The notes: generated by a model not told the origin, from the sequence alone. DNA of 64,000 bases from an uncultured Mycoplasmatota bacterium (GCA_946403755.1 CAMJBC010000001.1:80735-144734); one strand, 5' to 3'. Positions 19,050 to 31,696 are shown, numbered from the stretch's first letter. Numbers and translations are program-made.

Positions 19050-19613
19050 ATGAAAGTAAAAATAAAGTTTACTATTAAAAAAGAATACATTTTATATTTC
19101 TCATTATTCTTTATATTATTAGTAGCTATTCTATCTATTAATACTTATTTTAAATCTACTAAAGAAATAATTCTTGCTTACCCAGATGATTTATATAGTG
19201 AACTAAATATATATGAAGATCAAATGAAAAACTATAAAAATAGTAATTGCAAAAAATTCGTTCAAAGTTTTATTGATGAAATACAAGTTGGTATTTTAAA
19301 TGGAGAATATAGCCCACAAACTATATATATTTTTGGTAAAAATGTAGATATATTAAATGATTTTAAAAATGGAAATGAAATGTGTAATATTAATAAAGAT
19401 AATCAAAAGAATATAGCTGATTTGTACTTATCTATTTTAAGTAATGATTATATTTATCCATATTTATTTCAATATGAAATATCATTTAGTACTAATTCTT
19501 TAAAAGATAATTTAAATTATACTCAATTATCATATCAATCATTAAAAAGAAATGAAATGTCTCTTTTAAGAATATATATGGATAAATTAAGGGAGGAAAA
19601 TAATTATGAATAA
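19050..19613 (+). CDS. Hypothetical membrane-anchored protein
   Basis: AGGTGA RBS before the ATG at 19050. One N-terminal TM (ILYFSLFFILLVAILSI). No recognisable domain. Confidence 0.5.
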   Translation: MKVKIKFTIKKEYILYFSLFFILLVAILSINTYFKSTKEIILAYPDDLYSELNIYEDQMKNYKNSNCKKFVQSFIDEIQVGILNGEYSPQTIYIFGKNVDILNDFKNGNEMCNINKDNQKNIADLYLSILSNDYIYPYLFQYEISFSTNSLKDNLNYTQLSYQSLKRNEMSLLRIYMDKLREENNYE

Positions 19614-20010
19614 AAAGTATTTAAAATTATATTTAATTGAATCAATATTAACTTTTGCATTGTTATTTTTTTCTATATGTAGTCAGATGAACTCATTTAA
19701 TTTAGTTGGCTATTTTTATGATTTTAGTGATTTTATTAAGCATCAATTATTACTAGTAATTCTAAGTATATTTAATGTATTGTTTTTTATAGTAAATTTA
19801 GTATTTATTATCAAGAAAAAGAAGATTAGAGTAGATAATCTAACTTTTCCAATATCATATGCAATATTCTTTATATTTATTGTAATAATAGCAATATTAT
19901 TTAGTAGTAGAGTGGTAGAAAATATGCATGTAACATATTATTGTACTTTTATACTATTTGATTATTTGTTATTTAATATCTATACATTAATTGCATTTAA
20001 AGAAAGGTAA
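19606..20010 (+). CDS. Hypothetical polytopic membrane protein
   Basis: Four hydrophobic segments. Start overlaps the preceding stop, with a GGGAGG RBS inside the upstream gene. Confidence 0.5.
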   Translation: MNKKYLKLYLIESILTFALLFFSICSQMNSFNLVGYFYDFSDFIKHQLLLVILSIFNVLFFIVNLVFIIKKKKIRVDNLTFPISYAIFFIFIVIIAILFSSRVVENMHVTYYCTFILFDYLLFNIYTLIAFKER

Positions 20011-20075
20011 CTGTAAAAAAGAATAAATAGGTATAAATATTTATTCTTTTTTGATATAATAATCTTGTGATTTTT

Positions 20076-20723
20076 ATGAAAAATATATTTAAAAAATATG
20101 GTGTAGTTATTAAAAATACTAAATTATTAGGTACAGCTTTAACTCATAGTAGTTACTCTAATGAACATGGTGGTGAATCTTATGAAAGATTAGAATACTT
20201 AGGAGATGCTGTTTTAGAAATAGTTTGTAGTGATTATTTATATCATAAAACTAATAAACCTGAAGGTGAAATGAGTAGATTAAGAAGTTTATATGTATGT
20301 GAAAATGCATTATATGAATATTCTAAAGAAGTTAATTTAAAAGATTATATATATCTTGGAAATAGCGTAGATGAAGCTAATAAAACAATAATAGCTGATG
20401 TTTTTGAAGCATGTATGGCTGTTATTTATTTAGAAAGTGGTTTATCTGCGGTTAAAAAGATATTTAATAATCTTATTGTACCTTATATTGAAAGAGAAGA
20501 AGATTTCTTAATGGATTATAAGAGTTTACTTCAAGAAAGTGTTCAAACAGTTAGAAAAAGCGTTGAATATAAACTTATTAAAGAAGAAGGACCTGCTCAT
20601 AATAAAACATTTGTAGTTGAAGCAATAGTAGATAATTTAGTTTATGGTAAAGGAGAAGGTAGTTCTAAAAAAGAAGCAGAACAAAATGCTGCTAAGGAAG
20701 CTTATAATAAAAGAGCATTTTAG
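20076..20723 (+). CDS. rnc: Ribonuclease III
   Basis: ALTHSSY and ERLEYLGDAVLE catalytic signature, plus a C-terminal dsRBD (GPAHNKTF...GSSKKEAEQNAAKEA). TATAAT at 20054-20059 is only about 16 nt before the ATG, so the leader is very short or absent. Confidence 0.92.
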   Translation: MKNIFKKYGVVIKNTKLLGTALTHSSYSNEHGGESYERLEYLGDAVLEIVCSDYLYHKTNKPEGEMSRLRSLYVCENALYEYSKEVNLKDYIYLGNSVDEANKTIIADVFEACMAVIYLESGLSAVKKIFNNLIVPYIEREEDFLMDYKSLLQESVQTVRKSVEYKLIKEEGPAHNKTFVVEAIVDNLVYGKGEGSSKKEAEQNAAKEAYNKRAF

Positions 20724-20785
20724 TGCTCTTTTTATTTGGTAATAAAGTAAAAGTATGCTATAATTATTAAAGTAGGATGTGTGAT

Positions 20786-21271
20786 ATGAATTTAATTATA
20801 GTAATTTATGTATTAATAGCATTATCAGTTTTGGGTGGAGTTGTTTATTTAATTATATACTTTAATAATTTAGGTAAAAAAGAACCAATTAATCCCGAAA
20901 TATTAAGAACTAAACTTAATAGTTACGGTTTTAATATGAGTGATGTATATAGTAAATACTCATACAGTGAAGAAATTTCTAAAGCTTTTGAATTTAATAA
21001 AGAAAATATGATCATTTTATTCTTTGAATTAAGATCTGATACTATTAAAATATTAAATGACACTATAAATGATATAAATGAAGAATTTTTTAAAGCTGAG
21101 CTTGAAATGTGGACTTCAAAACCACAACCTGGTAATGCAGGATGTGAAACAATATATGGTCCACATTACATAAAATGGAAAAAAATTAATAATACACTAT
21201 TAATAATTAAAGGCAAATCAGAAAATAAAGACTTGTTTAGAAAAATATCTACAGATATTGGATATAACTAA
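20786..21271 (+). CDS. Hypothetical membrane-anchored protein
   Basis: N-terminal TM (LIIVIYVLIALSVLGGVVYLIIY). Inserted between rnc and smc. No known motif. Confidence 0.5.
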   Translation: MNLIIVIYVLIALSVLGGVVYLIIYFNNLGKKEPINPEILRTKLNSYGFNMSDVYSKYSYSEEISKAFEFNKENMIILFFELRSDTIKILNDTINDINEEFFKAELEMWTSKPQPGNAGCETIYGPHYIKWKKINNTLLIIKGKSENKDLFRKISTDIGYN

Positions 21272-21288
21272 TATAGAAAGGTTAACTT

Positions 21289-24216
21289 ATGTACATAAAG
21301 ACAATTAAAATTAATGGATTTAAATCATTTGCAGATAAAATGAATATTGAACTTGATCCTACATTTACAGGTATAGTTGGACCAAATGGTAGTGGTAAAA
21401 GTAATATAGTTGATGCTGTTAAATGGGTTTTAGGTGAACAAAGTATAAAAGCTCTTCGTGGGTCTAATAATATGACTGACGTTATTTTTAATGGGTCATC
21501 TTCTAGACAACCTTCTAATTTTGCAAGTGTAGGTATTACTTTTGATAATACAGATAGATTATTAAATATAGATTTTAATGATGTAGAAATTAAAAGAACT
21601 GTATATAAAACTGGTGAAAATGAATACTATATAAATAATGAAAAATGTAGATTAAAAGATATAACTAATTTACTTTTAGATACTAAAGGTAGCAAAGAAT
21701 CTTTTAATATCATTCCTCAAAATAAAATAGATCAAATATTAAGTGAAAAGCCAGAAGAAAGAAGAGTTATATTTGAAGATGCTGCTGGAGTATTAAAATA
21801 TAAAAAGAGAAAAGAAGAAAGTTTATCTAAACTTGCTAAAACACATGATAATATTGATAGAATTAATCTTATTATAGATGAAAATTCAGAAAATCTAGTT
21901 CCTTTAGAAGAAAGTGCTAGAAAAGCTAAAGAATATAAAGAAGCTAAAAGTAAATTAGAAAATATAGAAATAGCTTTAATAGCAAAAGATATTACTACAT
22001 TTAGTGATGAAGTAGAAGTAAAGAAAAATAAAAAGATTAAATTAGAAGAAGAATTATCTAATGTAGAGTCATCTTCTACTAAGGATGATACTAAGATTGA
22101 AAAAATTAAAGTAGATATATTAAATGTAGATGAAAAAATTAATAAAACAAGCAAAGAAATATTTAATATAAATGAAAGTTTAATATCTTTAAGTAATAAG
22201 AAAACACTATTAACTGAAAGAAATAAATATGATAAAGAAAGTAATGAAATAAAAAATAAATTAATTAATCTTAAAGATAGAGAAGGTAAATTAAATAATA
22301 ATATTTCAGCTATTAATATAGATATAGAAAATATAAAGAAAAATCTTAATAGTTATAATGATACTTTAGTTAGTTTAACAACTGATTATAATTCTAATAA
22401 TGTTAAAAGAGAAAGTGTTTCTTTTGAAATTAATAATAGAAATAAAAAATTACTTGATATAAGAAACAAAATAGATATTTTAGAGACTAATTTATCTAGT
22501 TTAAATAAAATACCATTTGCTGTTAAAAATATCGTAGGAAATGCAACTTTAAGAGGTATTTATGATATATTAGGTAATGTAATTGATACTAAAGATGAAT
22601 ATGTAATTATGTTAGATACAGCTCTTGCTTCATCATCAAATAACATTATTACTGAAGATGAAGTATGTGCTAAAGAAGCAATTGAATATTTAAAGAGAAA
22701 GAATCTTGGTAGAGCAACATTCTTCCCATTAAATGTAATAAAACCTCGTAGTATTGAACCAGATATGCTAAAAGATTTAAAAAATATTATTGGTTTTGTA
22801 GGAGTTGCTAGTGACTTAGTAACATATGATACAAAATTTTATAATATTATAATGAATCAATTAGGAAATATCATAGTGTGTGATAATATTGATAATGCTA
22901 CAAAAATAAGTAAAAAAATCAATCATAAATATAGAGTAATAACACTAGATGGAGATGTTATTCATACTGGTGGTATTATGAGTGGAGGTAGTTATAAAAA
23001 ATCTAATTCTTATATTAATGATAAATATGAAATAGATAGATTAAGAAATAGTATTGATACTGTAACTAATGAAATAGGGGAGTACAATAATGAACTTAAA
23101 GAATTAGATAATAATATAGCTATTATTAAAGATAAAATATATAACTTAAATATTGAAATAGTTAAAAATAATGAAGTATTAAATAATAAGATATCTCAAT
23201 TAGATAGTCTTAAAAATGATCAAGAGTTATTAAAAGATGAAATAGAGAATCTAAGTAATAATAATTTAGATAAAGAATTAGAAACAATTATTAAAGATTA
23301 TTATGAACATGAACAAAGAAAGACAACACTTGAAAAAGAATTAGCTAGTTTAAATAATCAAAAGAATCAATTAAATGAAAATCTTAATGAAATAGAAACT
23401 TCTATTAAGAAAATGAATAATAAATATAATAGTCTAAATAATGAAATAAATAATTTAGAAATAGATATAACTAAATTAAATATGAATTTAGATACATTAT
23501 TAACTAGATTAAGTGAAGAATATTCTTTAGGATATGAAAGAGCTAAAAATGAATATATTCTTGAAATAAATGAAGATGAAGCTAGAAGTGAAGTAAATAC
23601 TCTTAGAAGAAAGATTAAATCTCTTGGAGAAGTTAATCTTGGAAGTATTGATGAATATGAAAGAATATCCAAACGTGTTTCTTTCTTAACTAAACAAAAA
23701 GATGATTTAGAAAATAGTGAAAAAGATTTATTAAAAATAATAGATGATATGGATAATGTAATGAAAGATAAATTCTTAGATACATTTAATAAAATAAATG
23801 TAGAATTTAATAAAGTATTTAAATCATTATTCAAAGGTGGTAATGCACACTTAGAAATGACTGATAAATCTAATATTTTAGAAACAGGTATAGACATAAT
23901 AGCAGTACCTCCAGGAAAGAATCAAAAACCACTTAGTTTATTATCAGGTGGTGAGCGAACAATGACTGCTATTAGTTTATTATTCTCAATAATGAATCTT
24001 GAAAATGTTCCTTTTGTAATACTAGATGAAGTAGAATCTGCTTTAGATGAAGCTAATGCTACTATATTTGGTGAATATTTACAAAATTATAAAAATAAAA
24101 CACAATTACTTGTTATTACACATAAAAAGAAAACAATGGAATACCTTGATAAATTATATGGTATTACAATGCAAGAATCTGGTGTAAGTAAAATAGTTAG
24201 TGTTAAATTAGACTAA
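21289..24216 (+). CDS. smc: Chromosome partition protein SMC (short, 975 aa)
   Basis: FKSFADK...GPNGSGKSN Walker A, hinge region (GI.G.L...I........A...AL), C-terminal LSGGE signature and Walker B ILDEVE.ALD. Sits after rnc as in Bacillus. Confidence 0.93.
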   Translation: MYIKTIKINGFKSFADKMNIELDPTFTGIVGPNGSGKSNIVDAVKWVLGEQSIKALRGSNNMTDVIFNGSSSRQPSNFASVGITFDNTDRLLNIDFNDVEIKRTVYKTGENEYYINNEKCRLKDITNLLLDTKGSKESFNIIPQNKIDQILSEKPEERRVIFEDAAGVLKYKKRKEESLSKLAKTHDNIDRINLIIDENSENLVPLEESARKAKEYKEAKSKLENIEIALIAKDITTFSDEVEVKKNKKIKLEEELSNVESSSTKDDTKIEKIKVDILNVDEKINKTSKEIFNINESLISLSNKKTLLTERNKYDKESNEIKNKLINLKDREGKLNNNISAINIDIENIKKNLNSYNDTLVSLTTDYNSNNVKRESVSFEINNRNKKLLDIRNKIDILETNLSSLNKIPFAVKNIVGNATLRGIYDILGNVIDTKDEYVIMLDTALASSSNNIITEDEVCAKEAIEYLKRKNLGRATFFPLNVIKPRSIEPDMLKDLKNIIGFVGVASDLVTYDTKFYNIIMNQLGNIIVCDNIDNATKISKKINHKYRVITLDGDVIHTGGIMSGGSYKKSNSYINDKYEIDRLRNSIDTVTNEIGEYNNELKELDNNIAIIKDKIYNLNIEIVKNNEVLNNKISQLDSLKNDQELLKDEIENLSNNNLDKELETIIKDYYEHEQRKTTLEKELASLNNQKNQLNENLNEIETSIKKMNNKYNSLNNEINNLEIDITKLNMNLDTLLTRLSEEYSLGYERAKNEYILEINEDEARSEVNTLRRKIKSLGEVNLGSIDEYERISKRVSFLTKQKDDLENSEKDLLKIIDDMDNVMKDKFLDTFNKINVEFNKVFKSLFKGGNAHLEMTDKSNILETGIDIIAVPPGKNQKPLSLLSGGERTMTAISLLFSIMNLENVPFVILDEVESALDEANATIFGEYLQNYKNKTQLLVITHKKKTMEYLDKLYGITMQESGVSKIVSVKLD

Positions 24217-24217
24217 T

Positions 24218-24246
24218 AAAAAAATTCTCAATTTGAGAATTTTTTA
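24218..24246. terminator. Bidirectional terminator between smc and the convergent gene
   Basis: AAAAATTCTCA-att-TGAGAATTTTT palindrome with A/T runs on both sides. Confidence 0.7.
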
Positions 24247-24251
24247 TTTTG

Positions 24252-25205
24252 TTATTTAACTTTTACTGAAGTAAGTAATGTATCTAAATATTGATTACAT
24301 TCATCATTTGAATAATATGCATTATATTCAATCATTACAATATTTCCATTAACATCAGCAACATATCTAGTTATTGTACCACCTAGTGCAGATGGATAAG
24401 AAATCTTATTCCATTTAGTACCATTTAGTTCTTCTTCACTGATAGATGTTTTTTCTCCTCTAGCAATCATATTTGCAACAGATATAGCATCTTTTTCAGT
24501 TTCAGTTGATACAACATTAAATTCCATAGTACATGTATTATTTTCAGTACTTAATTCATAACCTTTACTAGATTTAGTAAATTGAGATGGAACAGTATAA
24601 TTTACATAATCATCAAATACTTTTTCATCATCTTTAATAATTACATATGAAGTATCTTCTGTAGTATTTCCACCACCATTATCTAAAATATTAGCTCTTA
24701 AATTAATTTGAACTTTAACATTATTACCAGATGTAGAAAATTTAACTCCTTGAGCAAGTGTAGTGCTATAAAAATCTGAATATTGATAAGTTTCAAATAT
24801 TTTTCCTTCAGCAGTACCATTTTTTAAACCAACAGCATCAATCATTAATTTAACTATTGTTTCTGGGTTTGTTTCATTTTTATTATATACAGTTTCTAAA
24901 TATTTAGTTCCTTTATCTTCTTTAAATGAGAACTCTAATTTTGAATTAATTTTATCATTTTTATAATCCACTAAGATACCTTTATCGCTTATAGAAGCTT
25001 TAATAGCTCTTTTAGAATCATTATTAATAGTTCTAACTTGAGTTAAACCATTAAATTTTGTTATATAGTCTTTAACTTCAGTTCTTATTCTACCAGCTGT
25101 GCCATGTCCCGTATAACTTAGGAAAACACCAGCACCTCCGATTAATAGGAAAACTACAAAAATAGCTCCCCAAATTCCCAACCTCTTTTTATTAATTCCT
25201 GTCAT
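24252..25205 (-). CDS. Hypothetical membrane-anchored extracellular protein
   Basis: N-terminal TM (LGIWGAIFVVFLLIGGAGVFL). AGGAG RBS is best spaced for the third-codon ATG at 25205. No known domain. Confidence 0.5.
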   Translation of the reverse strand: MTGINKKRLGIWGAIFVVFLLIGGAGVFLSYTGHGTAGRIRTEVKDYITKFNGLTQVRTINNDSKRAIKASISDKGILVDYKNDKINSKLEFSFKEDKGTKYLETVYNKNETNPETIVKLMIDAVGLKNGTAEGKIFETYQYSDFYSTTLAQGVKFSTSGNNVKVQINLRANILDNGGGNTTEDTSYVIIKDDEKVFDDYVNYTVPSQFTKSSKGYELSTENNTCTMEFNVVSTETEKDAISVANMIARGEKTSISEEELNGTKWNKISYPSALGGTITRYVADVNGNIVMIEYNAYYSNDECNQYLDTLLTSVKVK

Positions 25206-25278
25206 TTGCATCTACTCCTATATTAATAATTATAAAGTATTATACAAAAAAAGTAAACATATTATTTTTTAGTTTACT

Positions 25279-25827
25279 TTAAATTGCTCTCATTGATTCC
25301 TTGTTTTTAAAAGGATTCTTTTTATCTATTTTATCTACAAATAATATACCATTTAAATGATCTATTTCATGTTGAAATGCTACTGCTATTTCTTCTCTTA
25401 CTCTTACAGTTTGTTTTTCTCCATGTTCATCATAATATTCTACAGTAATTCTAGCGTATCTAGGAACAATACCTTCAACATATCTATTAACGCTTAAGCA
25501 TCCTTCTCCTTCTTCTACATATATTAATTCTTCTGAATTAGATACTATTTTTGGGTTAATAACTTTATATTCTTCAAATGTACCATCTTCATTTTTATAT
25601 GATATTACAAAATATCTTTTTTTGATGCCTAATTGTATAGCAGACAACCCCATACCAGCACGTATATTATTCTTTTCTGCATATTCTTCATCTTGACTTA
25701 ATCTTAAATACATAATCATTTCATTAATTGTAGATAAATCCTCGCTAGATAGGGGAAAAGTTACTGGAACGCTTTTTTCTCTTAATATTTTTTCTTTTTC
25801 ATCTAATATATCACATTGATTAAGCAT
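25279..25827 (-). CDS. def: Peptide deformylase
   Basis: GLSAIQLG, EGCLS and HEIDHLNG motifs. GGAGG RBS before the ATG at 25827. Confidence 0.93.
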   Translation of the reverse strand: MLNQCDILDEKEKILREKSVPVTFPLSSEDLSTINEMIMYLRLSQDEEYAEKNNIRAGMGLSAIQLGIKKRYFVISYKNEDGTFEEYKVINPKIVSNSEELIYVEEGEGCLSVNRYVEGIVPRYARITVEYYDEHGEKQTVRVREEIAVAFQHEIDHLNGILFVDKIDKKNPFKNKESMRAI

Positions 25828-25929
25828 ATTCTTTTCCTCCAAAAACATTGTATCAAATAACCGTAATTATTTCAAATTTTATTGAAAAAAATATATATTA
25901 ATTATATAATTATTTTAGTATAAGAGTAG

Positions 25930-27462
25930 GTGAATATGTTAAAAAATAGATACTTATTATTACTAGCTTATATTGGAATAGTACTATGTGTACTAGTTTT
26001 TGGCATGTCTACATATGCTTATGTCACAGTAAGTTTAGGTGAAGAAGATGATCCTATTGAAATTAAAACATATGATAGAAATGTAGAAGTTAATTATGTA
26101 GATACTAGTAATGTTTCTATGGTAAATGCTTATACAGGTCAAAAAATAGTAAAAACATTTTATATAGAAAATAAAAGTGAAGGTGTAGCATATTACGATA
26201 TTATTTTAGAAAATGTTATAAACGACTTTGCTAATAAAGAAGATCTAATTTACAATATAAAATCAGATAATAATGGCGCTGTTATATATGATAGTGTTTT
26301 ACCAAGTGAAGATATTACTTTAGCATCTAATATTAAAATAGATGTTGGTGAAAAACAAACGTATGAAATGACTATCAATTTCTTAAAAACTGATGGTGAC
26401 CAAAATGAAAATATGAATAGAACTTTTTCATCAAATATTAATGTAATAGCATCTAAAAATGTAAATGCTGGAGAATATATTTATAAAGATAATACACTAT
26501 TAAAAGAAATTGTTACTAACGCTAAAGGTAATACTGATATAAAAGATTTTAATGATAATATTGATGGAGTTTATTATACAAATAATGCTATAAATGGAAA
26601 TACAACTTATTTTTATAGGGGAAGCAATAATTTAAATAATAATGTTGTTATTGGAAACTTATGTTATAAAGTTATTAGAACTAGTGAAAACTATGGAATT
26701 AAATTATTATATAGTGGTAAATATGAAAATAATAGATGTAATGATGTAGAGTTTGGTGATAAAGTAGCATATAATACTTTTTCAAATTATAATGCTTATG
26801 TTGGATATATGTATGGTAATGTAAGCAGTGATAATTATGAAGCTGAACATAAAAATATTAGTTCTAGTGATATTAAAAAATATTTAGATGTTTGGTATAA
26901 CTCAAATATTAAAGATTATGAAGAATTAATAGATAAAAGTAGTATCTATTGTAATAATAGATCTATGTCTGCATTTAAATATAATAATATTTTATATAAT
27001 TTAAATGGATATAGTAATTTAAATACAGGTTATTTATTAATGAATAATTATTTTATTAAAAATGATAAAAAATTATTAAATTATAATTGTAATATGGATG
27101 ATAGATTCTCCGTAGATAATGAATTTGGTAATAATAAATTAAATTATCCAATAGCATTATTAACTATAGAAGAAGCATATTTTGCTGGATTAGATCGTAA
27201 TAAACCTAATAATAATTTCTTAGTATCTGATTATGATTATATTACTATGACACCAGCATATTTTAATGGACAAGATGCTTATAATTTTGTAATAACTAAA
27301 AATAAAGTTATTCCATCTAAAGTATCAAATCTATATTATGTAAGACCAGTAATAACTATAAAGAAAGATACTAAAATATTATCTGGTAATGGTACATTAG
27401 ATGAACCATATATTTTGGCTGAAACAAAAGCAATCGAAACAGAAGAAAGTGATGTAGAATGA
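25930..27462 (+). CDS. Secreted protein with a SipW-type (TasA/camelysin-like) signal peptide, function unknown
   Basis: The N-terminal hydrophobic segment ends in FGMSTYAYVT, close to the G(T/S)YAYF(T/S) signature of SipW-dependent signal peptides. A beta-rich region follows. Confidence 0.4.
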   Translation: MNMLKNRYLLLLAYIGIVLCVLVFGMSTYAYVTVSLGEEDDPIEIKTYDRNVEVNYVDTSNVSMVNAYTGQKIVKTFYIENKSEGVAYYDIILENVINDFANKEDLIYNIKSDNNGAVIYDSVLPSEDITLASNIKIDVGEKQTYEMTINFLKTDGDQNENMNRTFSSNINVIASKNVNAGEYIYKDNTLLKEIVTNAKGNTDIKDFNDNIDGVYYTNNAINGNTTYFYRGSNNLNNNVVIGNLCYKVIRTSENYGIKLLYSGKYENNRCNDVEFGDKVAYNTFSNYNAYVGYMYGNVSSDNYEAEHKNISSSDIKKYLDVWYNSNIKDYEELIDKSSIYCNNRSMSAFKYNNILYNLNGYSNLNTGYLLMNNYFIKNDKKLLNYNCNMDDRFSVDNEFGNNKLNYPIALLTIEEAYFAGLDRNKPNNNFLVSDYDYITMTPAYFNGQDAYNFVITKNKVIPSKVSNLYYVRPVITIKKDTKILSGNGTLDEPYILAETKAIETEESDVE

Positions 27463-28124
27463 ATATATTAGATGCAGTAATAATTGTTTTACTATTAGTT
27501 GGTATACTAGGTGGTATTAGAAGAGGTGTAGTAAAAGAAGCTGTTTTATTAGTAGGTTTAGTACTAATAGTTGTATTATCTTGGCATTTAAGAGTACCAG
27601 TTGCAACATTTTTATATAAACATTTACCATTCTTTGGATTTAATGGATTATTTAAAGATGTAAGCATATTAAATATATTATTATATGAATTAATAGCTTT
27701 CTTAGCAGTATTTTGTATATTAGCTATTATATTATCAATATTATTAAAAATAAGTGGTATTATTGAAAAATTATTAAAAGCTACTATTATACTTGGTATA
27801 TTTTCTAAAATAGGTGGTGCTATAGTAGGATTCTTAGAAGGATATATTATAATATTTATTATATTATTTATAATGCATCAACCATTTATAAATATATCTG
27901 GTATTGAAGGATCTAAATTATCTGATATTATATTAAATCATACTCCTGTTTTATCTTCTACAACTGATAAAACTAGAAAAACTATTAATGAGATATATAA
28001 TATTACTGATAAATATAAAAATAATAAAAATCAATTAAATGATGAAATGATTAAAATATTTATAAAATATGATATAATATCAAAAGAAAACCTTGAATAT
28101 TTAAAAGAGAAAGGAAAGATTTAA
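27459..28124 (+). CDS. cvpA: CvpA-family membrane protein
   Basis: MNILDAVIIVLLLVGILGGIRRG N-terminus and four TM segments typical of CvpA. Confidence 0.75.
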   Translation: MNILDAVIIVLLLVGILGGIRRGVVKEAVLLVGLVLIVVLSWHLRVPVATFLYKHLPFFGFNGLFKDVSILNILLYELIAFLAVFCILAIILSILLKISGIIEKLLKATIILGIFSKIGGAIVGFLEGYIIIFIILFIMHQPFINISGIEGSKLSDIILNHTPVLSSTTDKTRKTINEIYNITDKYKNNKNQLNDEMIKIFIKYDIISKENLEYLKEKGKI

Positions 28125-28125
28125 T

Positions 28126-28425
28126 ATGGTACATTTAGATAAAGAAGATTTTAATGAATTAATATCAAAAGGTAATAAATTAGTAGATTTTTATGCTGAA
28201 TGGTGTGGTCCTTGTAAAATGATGGGAACTGTACTTGAAAGTGTAGATGATAAATTAGATATTATTAAAGTAGATATTGATAAATTCAGTGAATTAGCTG
28301 ATGAATATAAAGTAATGAGTGTTCCTACATTAGTATTTTTCAAAGATGGAGAAAAAGTTAGAGAAGAAGTAGGATATCATGATGAAGAAGATTTACTTAA
28401 AATAGCTGAAGAAACATTTAAATAG
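28126..28425 (+). CDS. trxA: Thioredoxin
   Basis: 99 aa with the WCGPCK active site and VPTLVFFKDG. Confidence 0.95.
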   Translation: MVHLDKEDFNELISKGNKLVDFYAEWCGPCKMMGTVLESVDDKLDIIKVDIDKFSELADEYKVMSVPTLVFFKDGEKVREEVGYHDEEDLLKIAEETFK

Positions 28426-28447
28426 AACTTTTAATAGTTCTTTTTTT
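28424..28447 (+). terminator. Rho-independent terminator after trxA
   Basis: AGAACT-tttaat-AGTTCT stem followed by T7. Confidence 0.65.
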
Positions 28448-28506
28448 ATGTTATAATCTAAACGAATTGAAAGAAGGTGACGCTAGGCTGTTTTCCTAGT
28501 AGTTTT

Positions 28507-30668
<2,162 letters not shown>

Positions 30669-30680
30669 TGTAAAATCTTA

Positions 30681-30710
30681 GTAGAAACAAATAATGTTTC
30701 TACTTTTTTT
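30681..30710 (+). terminator. Rho-independent terminator after tgt
   Basis: GTAGAAACA-aataa-TGTTTCTAC 9-bp stem followed by T7. Confidence 0.8.
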
Positions 30711-30734
30711 GTTAAAATAATAATGGTGAAATAT

Positions 30735-31637
30735 ATGGAAGAAAACAATCAAAATATTAAAAAGAAAAATCCTTTTATTGTTATTGTATCAATACTATTA
30801 ATAATAAGTATTGGATGTGCAATATATGGTTATTTAAATAAAGATAATGACACTAATATTAATAGCAATGAAACATCTAACACTACATCAAATAATGTTG
30901 ATGATGGGGAAAAAATTGAAGGTAATATTGAAGAAAACAATCAGACAAATTCTACATCAATAATATCTACTGAAGTAAATGATGAACCTTCTAGTGAAGA
31001 TGAAATATTAGAAGATGATGGCAGTGAAAATAAAGAATTATTAACTAAAAAAGATTCTAGTTATGAGTATAGTTATTATCAAGATGATGAAGAAGAAGCA
31101 AATAATGAAGTAGTATCATTTAAAATAAATAATAAAGAAGTAATAGAAGAAATAGGTTTTGTATCTGAAATATCTGAAATTAAAAAATATAATGATTTTA
31201 TTGCTATAAAAGCAAATTATGTAGCAACATGTGGACCTGATCATAATGATTTATTTATTTTTGATTATAAAGGGAATTTATTATTTAAATCAGGTAGTAT
31301 ATCAATAGAAGACTTAAATAGAATTAAAAGCGATGATTTGGATGAAAAATGGGAAAAAGGATACATGACTTTTGATAATTATTCATATGATGATAGTAAA
31401 AAACAATTAAACGTAGCATATTTATTTAATATTAATACTGTTTTAGGAGATTGTGTTGGTGATGGAAAACTATTTTGTGAAGTTTCAAAAAATAATACTA
31501 TCTATACTAAGATAACATTGACCTCATCTTTAAAAAATGGAAAATTTGAAAAAGAACAAATCACTGAGAAAAAAGCATTTAATATTAAAGATTTTGATAC
31601 AAATGATTTAGAATTATATAATAGCTATTGTAAGTAA
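30735..31637 (+). CDS. Membrane-anchored protein: TM, acidic/Asn-rich linker, conserved unknown C-terminal domain (family member A)
   Basis: GGTGA RBS. TM FIVIVSILLIISIGCAIYGY. The C-terminal 190 aa or so align by eye to the C-terminus of ORF 31697-33199 (EYSYYQD..NEVVSFKINNKEV...IKKYNDFIAIK / EYAYYYD..NEVLYFKVNGKKV...IKKYKDFIAVE). Confidence 0.6.
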   Translation: MEENNQNIKKKNPFIVIVSILLIISIGCAIYGYLNKDNDTNINSNETSNTTSNNVDDGEKIEGNIEENNQTNSTSIISTEVNDEPSSEDEILEDDGSENKELLTKKDSSYEYSYYQDDEEEANNEVVSFKINNKEVIEEIGFVSEISEIKKYNDFIAIKANYVATCGPDHNDLFIFDYKGNLLFKSGSISIEDLNRIKSDDLDEKWEKGYMTFDNYSYDDSKKQLNVAYLFNINTVLGDCVGDGKLFCEVSKNNTIYTKITLTSSLKNGKFEKEQITEKKAFNIKDFDTNDLELYNSYCK

Positions 31638-31667
31638 AGTAAGAACTAGTAATTCTTACTTTTTTTT
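31638..31667 (+). terminator. Rho-independent terminator
   Basis: AGTAAGAA-ctagtaa-TTCTTACT stem followed by T8. Confidence 0.7.
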
Positions 31668-31696
31668 GATACAATTTTATAGTAGGTGATAATACG

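Noticed and set aside
21732-23897. Minus-strand ORFs 21732-22154 and 23367-23897 inside smc.
   Set aside because: They are antisense to the Lys/Glu-rich coiled-coil coding sequence, which automatically yields long Ser/Leu/Phe-rich open frames. They have no start context.
28477-28506. A GTG start at 28477 for queA, with an adjacent AAGGTGA.
   Set aside because: The GTG lies inside the putative SD, so there is no spacing. The added residues (MTLGCFPSSF) are not QueA-like. The segment more likely forms a 5'-UTR hairpin (CTAGG-ctgtttt-CCTAG, 28482-28499) upstream of the ATG at 28507. The start remains uncertain.
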